Of a stretch of DNA of 64,000 bases, positions 37,015 through 49,552 are shown in pieces. Source of the DNA: Lingula anatina (lineage: Eukaryota > Animalia > Brachiopoda); contig CM120645.1 in NCBI GenBank assembly GCA_051362555.1, forward strand, positions 18,538,001-18,602,000. The letters are read 5' to 3'. Every line of letters begins with the position of its first letter. Position 1 is the first letter of the stretch. The position numbers and the translations under genes are program-made. The notes beneath the pieces were generated by a model, which saw only the letters and a program-made list of their open reading frames with translations, made no database searches and was not told the origin of the DNA.

Positions 37015-38743
37015 ATTTCTACCATAATGCCATTAATCCTATATGCCTCTACTTCAGGAAAGAAGTTCATTTCCACGAAAACGATCTTAAAGACAGAACG
37101 AGGCCTCTTAAGTCAACCAACAAACAGACACCCCCGGAAGTTGTTGAAAACGTCTACTATCACCATAAAACGCGGCGGTCGGCGCCTAAAGAAGATCCAA
37201 AGCCCAGGCGTCGCAGTCCATCCCCGTCTCCCTCTCCTCCGCCTCCCGCCAGCCCATCGCCCGTGCAGCAGGTAATACATTATTATTCATCCAAACCTCC
37301 TCAGCCTGGCTTAGACCCTAGGTCCCATTCGTCCCCACACTCTCTCAGTTCTCCACGTTCAGAGGCTGAAGACAGCGACTCTTCGAGACGGAAACCACCA
37401 AGGCCACGCCAAAACGACGACGCAGACTCCCAGCCGAGTAGGACATCAAAACGCAGTGCTGACGACGATGACCCAGTGGACGGTTCTCCAAGCTATCCAA
37501 ACGACTTTGGAGGCAAATATCCAGATGACAAATACTACAGGAGACGCCCACATTTAAGAAATTGGCCAAGTGACGTGGAAGGGGACACGCCCTCAACCGT
37601 CGGCAGTCCTGTGTCCCCTCGAAGTGACGCAACTATCAGTCCAACCCAAGTTGCTAGTCAGTTAATCGACAGTATGCAGAGTAGCCCACTCCCCCAGGCA
37701 ACCCCTCGAAACTTGAAACCTAGGAATCCGTCGAATGATAGTATCAGGGAAAGCAACAATGACCGTCCAGGCCTCAACCATAAGAATACATCTTACTCGC
37801 CTGCAGAACATATGAACGGGCACCTGTATGAAAAGCCAATTAAGTCAACATATGCCAGACCGAAGGTACAAGCATATGCCTTGATAAACACCTGTAAAAC
37901 TCTACTTACAACCATCGTGTTCTAGGACCTGTAGAATTGCTAACCGCCACCTTCATTAGAAATCCCTCCTCTGTTGTCAATAATGCTGTTCTATTCTGAT
38001 GCATTGCTGTTTAGAAATTTATTTATTAATTAATTAATTTATTTATTATTATTTTTTTTACTACTGGCTGACACAGAATGTAACATTGCATGTGTTGATT
38101 ACTGATTTCCGCAGGTGATAAACGACCGTCAGTGAGGCAATCACTAACATCAATATTTGAAGTCTTGGTTTTGTTGCTGTAAATGATGTTATTGAGCAAG
38201 TTTTCTTGGCATCGCTATAGGATAACTACTTAGATATCTGCCTACTCATATAATCTTTTCCTTTCTGTCCTTCCACACACCCTCCCCTATATAACGCTTT
38301 GTTGCCAATAACTTTGAACATTTATCAAATGGATTTTTGGTATATGTTGTTAAATTGTTATATCATCCAGTCAGTAAAACTGTTATATTCTTACAGAATA
38401 AAGTATCATTATTTTATTTATTTCTAATGAACTAATGGAACTTGATGTGTTAGCACCAAAAATTCTTCTTGTCGTTTAGGTTATACGCAATGAGATCCAC
38501 GTGATTGAGGACAGTCCGCCATCGTCTCAGCAGACGACACCACGCGCCCCGCCCCCACCGCCAGTCATCCAGCCGGTGCAGCCACCTGCTCCGCCCAAGA
38601 AAAGACTGAAAAATGACAAACTTCAGGAAGTCATCCACGCGGTGGTGGTGAATAAGAAAAAGAAGAAAATAGAAAATCCACAGAAGCCGTTATGGTGGCC
38701 TCACAGTAAACCTGTGCGCCAAATCAACACCAGTACCAAGTGA
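32532..38743 (+). CDS. Type I membrane protein: signal peptide, Thr-rich mucin stalk, 4 sushi/CCP modules, TM, Cys-rich juxtamembrane segment, Pro/Ser/Arg-rich tail (~945 aa)
   Basis: Phase-compatible exons 32532-32637 (MYCTYCMIEGPWIVLLSTVMLMLSTCTA, signal-like), 32876-34102, 35822-36044, 36313-36522, 37058-37865, 38480-38743. CCP pattern C..PP...NA...Y.C..GF.M.G.....C.....W....P.C x4. TM WLGILLGVIFGLLLLGLLAWLIWA. Confidence 0.85.
32890..32997 (+). repeat. Coding 54-bp tandem repeat x2 (SLPSTTTTTA.TTTPIPS)
   Basis: Two near-identical units in the mucin stalk. Confidence 0.9.
34720..34945. mobile_element. Harbinger-type MITE family, copy 3
   Basis: TAT TSD. Nearly identical to 20317-20508 apart from two short internal additions. 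Confidence 0.85.
36552..37011. repeat. Two (GT)n microsatellites at the ends of one intron (36552-36585, ~36979-37011)
   Basis: Direct reading. Confidence 0.9.
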
Positions 38744-39807
38744 AAACCATTTATTTATATTACATTTTCATGCCTATTCGATAGAAATGAATCTACACGA
38801 AGTCATTCACCCACATTCTTTGGGTATTCTCCGAAATATCGGGTGCATGTTTCGTTTCATAGCGTGCTATATGGCTTTATTGGTTGTTACCGTACCAGTG
38901 CAAGCTAAGTTGGAAGAAAATGTAGGTCTAATATCCAATCACAGCAACACTGATTCTGAGAATAAGCCATGCAGTTTGTAAATATATCCCCCTGAGTTCA
39001 AAGTCATAATGCTGATTTTCAACTATTTTCGGATTTATCAACGTCATTGAACCGATTTAAAATAGCATGTGCTACATGTAGTCTAGCTGTAGGAAATTTT
39101 ACAGTTGACTCAAAACGTGGGGTGAAAACTGTTATTACTTGTGGCGAATTGATTAACTAGTACCTAGAATAACTGTAACTTCGTCTGCATTTATTCCTTA
39201 AAGATCATTTCACTAGAAAGAGACTCCTAGAGTTATGCACACATTTTGTGAAATATTTTCCGAACTGTATTAGATCAGTTTTTAATTACTGTTGAGTTCT
39301 TGATGGATAAAATTGTATAAAACAGCAAAATAACGGGACAAGTCAGAATTATGCAAATATTACACAAAATGGCAGCATTACTGACGTAACTCACCTATAT
39401 ATAGGTAGGTCATTATTCAAAAATTTACACGGCTGTCTAAATTGATATGAAAACATATTTCCACCTCATTGTTTGCCTGAGAACGTTGTATATAGTACTT
39501 CAGTGAATATTTCTTTTCTATTAGTCCATTTTGATTCTTTTCTAGAGATCAATAAATTAGAATTAAGCCCTATTATTAATTATGTTTTTTTTTTCATAAT
39601 TGAATTTCCTCAAACACAAGTTTTAGTTTATGATTCCCAGACAGTTGAAAAACACTGCCATGCGGCAAAAGGGTCGGCTCAGGGGCTACCTGACAAATGT
39701 TTTTTCTAGATCTCTTCTCGATATCATTAGCTTTTAATTTCCGCGCGTGAAGTTGACAATTCTTTATTGGAAGAGCACAGGTCAGATCTGTGGGGGAAAG
39801 TACTTAA

Positions 39808-40119
39808 AGGGATAACAACTCTTCGTATGAAATCTATATTTCACAATAAATAGAATGTAAACAACTAATAGAACTATAATACATTCTATTTTACCACCAA
39901 AACGGCAGTTATAGCAATTATTATGAAATCTGTGCTTGTCATCGGACCACGTGACCTCTTAAGAGATTATTACAAAAAATAAAACAAAATTTTTAGAAAA
40001 AAAAACAGGGACTAACTTTGAATGTAGAAATGGATTCATTAACCATTGGCAGGGATGGGAAAATTGTCGTTTACCCCAGGACACTTTTTTTTTGGCCAAA
40101 ACGAACAGTTGTTTTCCTT
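39808..40119. mobile_element. Kolobok-like MITE, TTAA TSD, copy 1
   Basis: TTAA|AGGGATAACAACTCTTCG ... CGAACAGTTGTTTTCCTT|TTAA. Full-length match to 60804-61107. Confidence 0.8.
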
Positions 40120-40946
40120 TTAAGTTAAAAAGTTGACCACCATCGAATTGAAAAATCAGGGTACTTGTCAAAGGTCGAAACCAAGAGATAAAATGTTTTT
40201 GTATGATTCAATGAAAATTTGCGACAAAAACGAATATCCCCTTTCTTGCAAAGCGACTATTTTCTAAAAAAAAAAAAAAATTAATGGAGTAGATTCACAA
40301 AGCTCATTTAGGGCTGTAGCATTTACTTCCATTATCTACGTTCATCTAAAAACGAGAATGTCCTGATGATATTCGTAATATTAAGTAAAAAAAGATGCAT
40401 AAAATACCCACATTGATTTAGCGTATGAGAAACAAAATTTTAAGTGAAGATAAACTTTCGATTGCGACAGGAGTGAAATAAAAACAAACATGGAATATTG
40501 CAGTAGATGCGTAGGCTCTATAACAACAACATTTGAATGAGAATGTGTTTAATATGTGCTTTGAAAATTACAAAATTTGTGTTTCGTCGTCCGAAATGCA
40601 TATTACAATGTGCATGCAATTACATCCAATTATTTTCATGGTATTTATGTATTTTAAGTGATGTGCCATCGCAGAGGATCTTACTGCTAATGCGGCAGAC
40701 GAAGACCATACGAAACTCGTGCATTTGTTTACATCGAACAGCTGATGACCTGCAGCTGTCAATCAAATTTGAACTTTGACCTGCACAGAATATTTAAAGA
40801 AATTCTGCTAATATATGTAATATATTTGATCATATTTGATTAACTCAAGTATGAAATTAACTTAAATAACGCTGAAAAGTTTAGTTACAGTACCATTTTT
40901 ATTAATTAGAGGCTTTTACATGAATTCCTAATACCTACCTCAACCA

Positions 40947-40990
40947 GTCACGTGACAGGTTGACGTCACCCAGGAGATACGTCCGCCATT
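40947..40990 (+). promoter_or_regulatory. UBE2H proximal promoter motifs: E-box/CLEAR GTCACGTGAC, CRE TGACGTCA, YY1-like CCGCCATT
   Basis: Three consensus motifs (40947-56, 40961-68, 40983-90) within 120 nt upstream of the ATG. Confidence 0.6.
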
Positions 40991-41064
40991 ATTATTATTA
41001 TTATTGCGAAGAGGGGCCAAGTGTAAAAAAAATATCCGAAAAACGTAACTCCGCAGCTAAAGAT

Positions 41065-44000
41065 ATGTCATCACCGAGCCCAGGGAAGAGACGAATGGAC
41101 ACAGACGTCGTGAAACTGTATCCTTACTCGTTATTTCATTTGATAAGGGAGAATTCTTTTGATGAACTTGGACCTAGCCCAACTGAGATCGAGGTGTCGA
41201 CTAAACTGCTAAGTTTATGTCGACCTCGTTCAGCTGTATGCAGCAACTTAAGAATAGCGTCACATTTTGTTGGGAAATCTTACTAAGAATATAGTTTTAT
41301 ATCTTTTGATTGTGTGTTTAATGTTTGACACAGTAAATTATAGTGTAGTGGAACGACATGTATGGCATGAAATGTTAGATCAATCTGTTGCGTCGCAAAC
41401 CCCCCCCCCCTCCACTCCAAAACTCATTAATTGCAGTTGAAGCTACTTTGGATATATATTCATTCCAAATACCCTCCCAAGTTGACAAGTCGGCATGTTA
41501 GGAAAGATCATTTTGCCAATAACATCTTAATTGCAACAATTTTGCAGTGTAAATTTATTTATTTTTTGTTTTTGCATGATAATTTGCTATTTGTATTTCC
41601 ATCAGAGCAGTTATTACCAACATATACAATAAATGGACATGTGTCTGCAGTTAATGCTGCATTGTTTGCTGGATAAAGACGGGGCATGATAAATGGTGAA
41701 ATGGTGTGACATCATCATACCTTATTATATACCAGGTGCTTGTGGGCCTATTCCTGGCAAGACGTCCCTTGTGTGAAAAATTGATGTCTTTTGCCTTGAA
41801 TCTGAAGCCTTAACCCTAGGTACTTGTGTCCCTGGGATGTGAGAACAATATCTATCTCTGACTACATGGTTAAACTTGTAAAACAGCTAGAGTCCTGGTG
41901 TTTTCTTGTCCAATGAGGCATTCCCTTTTTATGTATTAACCTGTAGCCAGATGTGATAATTGTAATGCCTAATTGGATAGATGATATACCTACATATGGC
42001 AAAGCACATGTACATTTAGTCATAGACACACATAGAATGTGATTGATATGCTGATAAAATCCATGCATTTTTTTCATCTAACGAGCTTGCTTTTTTCATG
42101 TGTGTGCATGAAATTATAATATTTGTTGTCTGTATTTCAGCACTGTAGTCAAGTACACTGTAATAAGATTTGTCTGTTCTTTAGCTGGTAATATTCAAAC
42201 CTAATCCACTGTAAGATTTCTGTGTTTCATGTGGAGTTCTTCTTTGGAATTGATAAATTGAGAGTAAGTAATGAAAGTGAGTTTTAGGAAAAATCCAAAG
42301 GAGTCCAGATATTGGTCTTTGGAATTTTTTCTAAAGGCTCATTCCCATTGAACCTATCTGTCTGCATAGGTCTATCCAATTTTGCGGGGACTCTCGCTAA
42401 ATGCAATCAGTTTAAAAATGTAATACGTCCCCTACTGGCATTAAGTAGGACACAGAAAAGCTGGTGTTTATATGACTACATTGGAAAAGAAATATTTGAA
42501 TAGTTGTGCTAATTGAATGCATAGCAATAATGTGCCCTACATTGCTTACATTACCGTGTCATTTTGTGGACTTTTATATCAAAAATTTGAAAAAAGTGCA
42601 GTTCAGTTGATGATTAATTTTGTTTATCCATTGTCATGTCAACTTTACTTGAGTCTATTAATAAAAAAACTAGTAGAAGTGGTTTACATGAATGATAGGG
42701 AATCCACACTCACTTCAAGTTCATAGGTAATTTAAAAGATATTGAGCAAACTTGTATTTTGGCTTTCCATCCATTAGAATCAGGAATGGGTATTTGATAT
42801 AGTTCTTTATATATAAATGTGTGTGTGTGTGTGCGTGCGTGCGTGCGTGTGTGTGTGTGTGAAAGAAAGTTAGCTGGACTGTCAAAAAAGAAAGAAAAGA
42901 GCAGCTCTTAAATAGCGTTCAGGTGAAATTCAGGAGAGAAAATGTAGGTTTTCTCTCTATTTCAGTGATTACTGTATTCCCATCCCAGTAAAATGCAAAA
43001 CCAATCTCTCCCAGCCCCTGCTGAAAGCTGAATGGAGATGAAAACAATGCGCTAGTGTGTTGCTGATTGCAGCCAAGTTAATTTTCTTCCCTTTGAAAGA
43101 TTACACGTTTTGATATAAAGGAAAGTGTCGAGAAATATGCTGGATTTTACAATGACCAAGATATTACAAGGCTTTATTTAAGTAAATTTCATACTTGAAT
43201 TAATATTCAGGGCAAGGCTGTCTTGCTGTGTATGTGTTATAAAAAAGCCATGCACCTTAAGCATGCATATGTGCATGTATAGTCTGAGTCTGTTCACTCT
43301 GTACATGTACATAGTTATTGTATATGGCACCTTGCCACAGCTGTACACAGAACTATTCTAGTGACACCGTGTTCTTCAGCTTAGTTAACAAAGTGAAATG
43401 TTGGTCAGCACTTAATGGCATTTGGCATCACCTAAGCTGCACTGCCCCCTGCTCAAACTGCAGATGCCTACATTCCTGTATGGCCACATTCAGAACAGTT
43501 GACTAACTTGTCCGCAGGTCAAATATGGCGACCCATTAAAAAGCTTGCTGTAGAATCAGCTAAAAGACACTGAATAGATTCCCCGTGGGGAAGTATTCAA
43601 GTGGGTTGGCCATATTTGACCCTTGGACTAGTAAGTCCACTTTTCTGAATGCGGCCTATCTGATGTGGTGTACAGTCTGCTGCTGAACTTGTAACTGTTC
43701 AGTTCCTATTGCATAGTTAGTATGATTATAGGCCCTATCTGATGGTGTGTCCAGGCTCTGGTTCTGGTGCTGTGCACAAAAGGTGGATAGCTGCTCCAGC
43801 ACCAAACGTGACAATATGGCCACATTCACATCGAGTTGAGCCATGGCTCTTCAAAGCCACAACCTAAATATGGCGGACGTACATGAAAGGAAAACGGCCA
43901 AATCTTTTAATAGTCTCCCTGCCTCTTACACGCCTCCCCATGTGTCTTCCCAATGGAGCCGAGATTTAATGACTGTACCCTCACAGGGACTACGCATGGG

Positions 44001-45947
44001 GAGGCGTGTGAGAGGCGGAGAGACTATCAAAAGATTAGGCGGTTTTCCTTTCATGTACATCCGCCATATTTAGGTCGTGGCTTTGTAGAGCCATGGCTCA
44101 ACTCGATGTGAATGCGGCCTATGTGATTGCCACCTCGTCTATTGTAGGTATTTTATTTAAGGGGTATCTGCACGTTATAAAGACCTATATTTTGCAAAAT
44201 AGATTTCCCCCATTTGGTGTTTGCATAGTGGATTATTCACTTACTTGACTTAGATATCTGCACGTCCACGATACTGGGTAACAACAACATAGGACGTGGG
44301 CAACATGGAGCCGATCTTGTGAGCATGCTTTGTGCTTAGAATAAGCATCATATTAAACACATATAAAAATTATCAGGGAAGAGTACACTTAACTTTATAG
44401 AGTTGGGAAAGCTCACTGCGATCCTAAATCAGCAGTTAAACAGCAATTACATGAAGTCAATTTTCGTGAGTTACAAGCCAAAAAGTGGGGACCGAGTAAA
44501 GCTAATTTAATTGGTCTAATTTAATATTCATGTGACTGTGTTGTTACATCATCAATGAAATTCTCTTTAAGCTAAGTCCTTGGGCCAAATCTGAATGGGA
44601 AAACGAAACTACACGTTAGCTGTGGTTTCGTTGTCTTGCGAGTCTGGAGGAAACGAAACAGGATTGGGTCATAACATCTGTGATTACCCGCTCAGATGAC
44701 AGGATTTCCTTACACATTGTTGTTTTATGAAAAGCAGACTGTATTTCAAATATTTAAATCCCAAAATTGAATGATATGTATGGTTCACGTGTATGGGAGA
44801 TTTTGTACTGAAGTTGAAAACAGAAACAATAGTAACCCGCAACAACCTGTTTTCATCATCCATGAAAATTTGTGATGAAGAGCAATTATTGTTTTTCTTA
44901 ATGTGTCCTAAATGATCCTGGATATGACCAAAAAAGTGACAATTTTTTGAAAATTTTCTTTTCCACAATATACAGCTGTAAAACTGACTGGTATGTCTGT
45001 GTCCCAGATTCAAGCGCTGTTTTAGGTCATTTTCAGCTAAGAATTAAAAAGTTTAAAATACACAGCAATGCTTGGAAACATAAAATTATCTGTTATAATA
45101 AGACAAATCCACCCCTTTCACATGAAAGCGCCCCCATTGTAATATAACGCATAGGAATATTTTTACATACTTTCAAAGATGATCAGCCCCTGCTGTTACC
45201 CAGAATTGTGGACATGCAAATATGTATATTGATTGGTATGTGTGTGCCTACATAAATATGTGCATGTGTGCATTAGTGGGTTCCTAGGTGTATAATAATA
45301 TTACACATATACGGTATACTGTATGTGTTTATATTTACGCAGATGCATATATGATTGTGTGTATTTTATTCAAGATACAAAACATTTTCTAGTAGTTTGT
45401 CCAATTGTTATACATAACAGAGTATGCGACGTTAGCCATAGGTTCTATGTCTGTGGCCAGTTCAATTTTGTTTGGACCTTCTTGTCAATTTTTCAGAATG
45501 TGTAAATTATATGGTTTGACATGGCTGTTTTTTGTTTTCATACATATGCCAAATACAAATGCAATTATCTTATTGTTTGAAGCATTAGCTTTGGTATAAG
45601 TGAGATAACATTGTGTTATCAGAACCTTGGGTTTGATGAGTGGCATTTGCTTGCTCATTGATTCTGCACAGTTATTTGTGAGGCAGAAGGTTTACTGGGG
45701 ACATGTGTGGAAGTGCAAAGCAAACATGAAGTAGACTGTTTCGGCATCACCACGTTTGACTAAGATAGTGATAACAGCACTAGTACATACACAGGTGAAA
45801 CATAATGTCTGTGTTTGTTATGTTGCACACACTGTCATCTTGATATCACAATGTTGATTTCGTTACATTAAAATGCCAACTTGTGCAATTTTTATTTAGA
45901 CCAAAGTGATTTTCAGTTTGGTACTTGATTGATAACTCTCTCTTTCT

Positions 45948-45982
<35 letters not shown>

Positions 45983-48900
45983 GAGACAACGAACACACAC
46001 ATGTTCTCAAAGATAATAGTGCATACGCACACATAATCATATACATGTACAGATGCAAGTGTTGCATTATTAGTGGATTTTGTTGCATTGTTTAGGTTGT
46101 TTAATAATATTCTTAACTACAGTTCAGAATAGAAAGCAAATATGAAGTCACCATCCTCAGTGGACTAAATGAATTTGTTGTCAAGTTCTATGGGCCCCAA
46201 GGAAGTAAGTATAGACGTGGTTATACTGGATGTCTTTATATATTATAATGTTTTTTATTGATTTGTCACTTTGGAAAATCTTAGTACCTTAGGATAAATG
46301 TATCTGGAAATAGGAAGTTCTTGTAACAATTCAAAACGTTAGATATTATTCATGTGTTATAAAAATATTGCTGAAATCTATAAAAATTCAAATTTCAGTC
46401 ACTTTATTTTTAATTTTAACAAAACCATTATGGGTATTAATTACATTTTTCACCCATATTACTTTAACCTGGATTTGGCATGTTTTATTTTGTACAGACA
46501 CAGTATTTTGTATAGCCGTCACCTGCATCTCTCATCACCTTTGCCAGGCCGTCGCCATGTTCAATTTCAGAGATAACATGATAAGTGGAAAACCATTTTA
46601 CAATGTCTTCAAACTTACAGAACTGATGAATTTTCAAAAAAATGCAGGTCAAATTTAGGAATCAGTTTGATCGGTCCATTTTTCAAAAGTCATGCGTTTT
46701 TTTACCCCCTTTTCAGCAACAACAGATAACACATTAAGTGGAAAAACAGTTGATCTATTGACGTCAAACCTGCAGGAGTGATCACTATTACTAAAATACA
46801 GATTGAGTTCGAAAACCAGCCTGATTGGGTTACTTTTCTTGAAGTTATGCTTTTTTAGTTTTAAATGAATTTATTTTTGGGTGGTATAATACACATTTTA
46901 AATTTTCTTTTTTTCTCATGAAAATTTTCACTTGCAAACTAACAAAAAGTGCCAGTGTATCCTCCATTATGCATACTACAAGTTAAAAGTCATATACTCA
47001 AGTAAAATAAATTTTATAAATATTTGTTTGGGGGGGGGGGGGGGGGGGGGGGGTCAAATTTTCGGTATGAAATTTTGACTGGGGGAGTCAGATTTTCATG
47101 TTACACCGGTACCTATTGGGTTAAGGAAAACCATGCCCCTTATTATTCTAAAATTTACAGAAAAAGAAACAGGACTATTATACAGCTTGAACTGGAAAAT
47201 CAGTCTAATTGGTGTCTTTGTCTGGAAGTTATTCAGTCATTTGTGAAATGTAAATTTTTCACATATTGGCATTTTCAGTGTGTGAATTAAAACCCCACGG
47301 GTATGAAGCCAATTTGTAGTTATATTTTCTAAATGTCCATGATAAGTATAGTAGATGATTAAAAATCAGTGGTGATTAAGCTGTTAATCATTATGTAATG
47401 TTGCATTAAAATTGAGTAAAAACCGACTTTGTGCACTACCTCCACAAATGTTATGAAAGGAAAACTGTGATTTATATTATTTTGTAGCTTACAAGAATGA
47501 TTCTTAGGACTGACATACAGCTCATATTGGAAAACCAGCATGATTGGATTATTAGTACCACCAGCGTGTACGCTGGCAGCACTCATGGTTTTAGAATTTT
47601 CTGTGATATTTTCATATTTCTCATTGTGTCATTTTCAAAGTGTAAACTTTAACCCTCATGGGCCTGAAGCCTTATGTAAGTTACATATTCCTAACATCTA
47701 TATTACAATTATTCATTGTATTAATTTAAGTGATCATAATATTTAAACGGTATATTAAAAGTATTCTGATCATTATAGTCCTATTCAATATCAGTACTAG
47801 TAGTTTGATTTGTCTTCCAAAATGATCAGCTATAATTGAAAATGACATGTCAGTAACAAGTTGTAAACCCTTCAATGAAATGGGGATTGACTAATTTCCA
47901 AGTAGTGATGGGCGTGCACACTTAATTTTTCGCAAGTAGCTTCCGGTTGAATGGAGCCAAGATTTAGCGACTGTGCCCCTGCAGGGACGACACTTGGGAA
48001 GGGGTGTACGTAAGAGGCAGAGAGACCATAACTGAATTAAGCGGTCTTCCTCTTATGTAGGGTCCGCCATATTTGAACCTTGGACCAGTTTGCACTCGAA
48101 TCTTTCATTCTGAATGGGGTCATAGTTGTGCCACAAATCCCACCATGTAGATTCAAAAAGTATACCTTTGAGAAATACCAAAGGGTATTGTTTCATATTC
48201 CCCTCCCCCCCCACCCCCCCAAAAAAAAAGATATTTAAATAATCATATACATTTATATTGTTGTAGAAATTACTTTTGAGTTTTTATGTGGTGTTAATTA
48301 TGCCAGGAAAGGTGTTTATATCCTGTCACATATGAATTTGATAGAACAATAGAAACAAAACTTTTAATTTACATGATTTATATTGATATGCTACATAAAT
48401 GTTACGAAATGTGTGTGTGGATATGTGTGTGTGTTTCATTATGTATATATCTGCATTTGTGCAAGTTCATGTCATAGTACTTGGTCTGGGTTGTTTGAAA
48501 TTAATTTACTCTTTTAAGACTGGTTTTCTATAATGTGGTAACTAGACCTAGCATTCCCATTTTTTGTTCCAGGTGCATATGAAGGTGGTGTGTGGAAAGT
48601 ACGTGTTGATTTACCTGATAAGTATCCATTCAAGTCCCCATCTATAGGTAAGCTGGCCAGGCAGTGTGGATTGTTCAAGATGTGACTGGAATTCAAGTTT
48701 ATGTACATTGTGTACTGTGTACTTCATGGCAGGGTTATACAGGGGTTTTCCACTCTATTCTTGCAATAATTTCATAGTAGCTGGCAAGTAGTCCCCTGAT
48801 ATGGAATACATATATGATAAAAATGCATTTACATTGGCTGTTTCAGTCAGCCATGGGTTAACCTACTGTGTCTTTAATAAAGAATACTTAAGTTGAAATA

Positions 48901-49517
48901 ATGTAGCTTAAAGTTACTTAATTGATAATTATAAATGTATTAACAAGGCGAAATGGTAACTGAAACCTGCAGTTATGGTAAAAAGTTTCAATTGATATAT
49001 AGGACAATTTTCTTTATATTCTTCCAGGTTTTATGAACAGAATATACCATCCAAATATTGATGAAGTGTAAGTATGGATGAAAGGAACTGTTAAATATGT
49101 TATTAAAAGACCAGTGGAGCACTATCATGAAACTCAGAAGAGCTGACAACTTGATGTGATTTTCATGTTAGTTTTGAACCTTGGCATGATGACAAACGTC
49201 GGTGCATATTTGTAGCTGTCTGTTCAACATTTTCACCTACTAGTAATTATCCATCTGGGTCACCTAAGCTACTACATTCTGCTAATGGCTGATATTTGTT
49301 TGGTTGTTCCTTTTCTAGAAATATTAGGGAATTTAACAATTTGCCTTGTATATCTTGACTTGGCTCAAAGTTTGTTTGGCCAGTAGATCGGCACTGAGTA
49401 AGAGCTTAAAGAATTAATAATGATTAAAGTAAGAACCGTGGGATTTATTAATTCCTGGCAGTTGGTAGTATCCGTAGTCCATGTGGAATAGGGGTATTAC
49501 TCTCACTCATCCATAGT

Positions 49518-49552
<35 letters not shown>

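Larger units (their letters stand above)
41118..46127 (+). other. U12-type (minor spliceosome) GT-AG intron 1 of UBE2H
   Basis: 5' site GTATCCTT. Branch sequence TTCTTAAC at 46110-46117, 10 nt before the exon, with no polypyrimidine tract. Confidence 0.9.
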
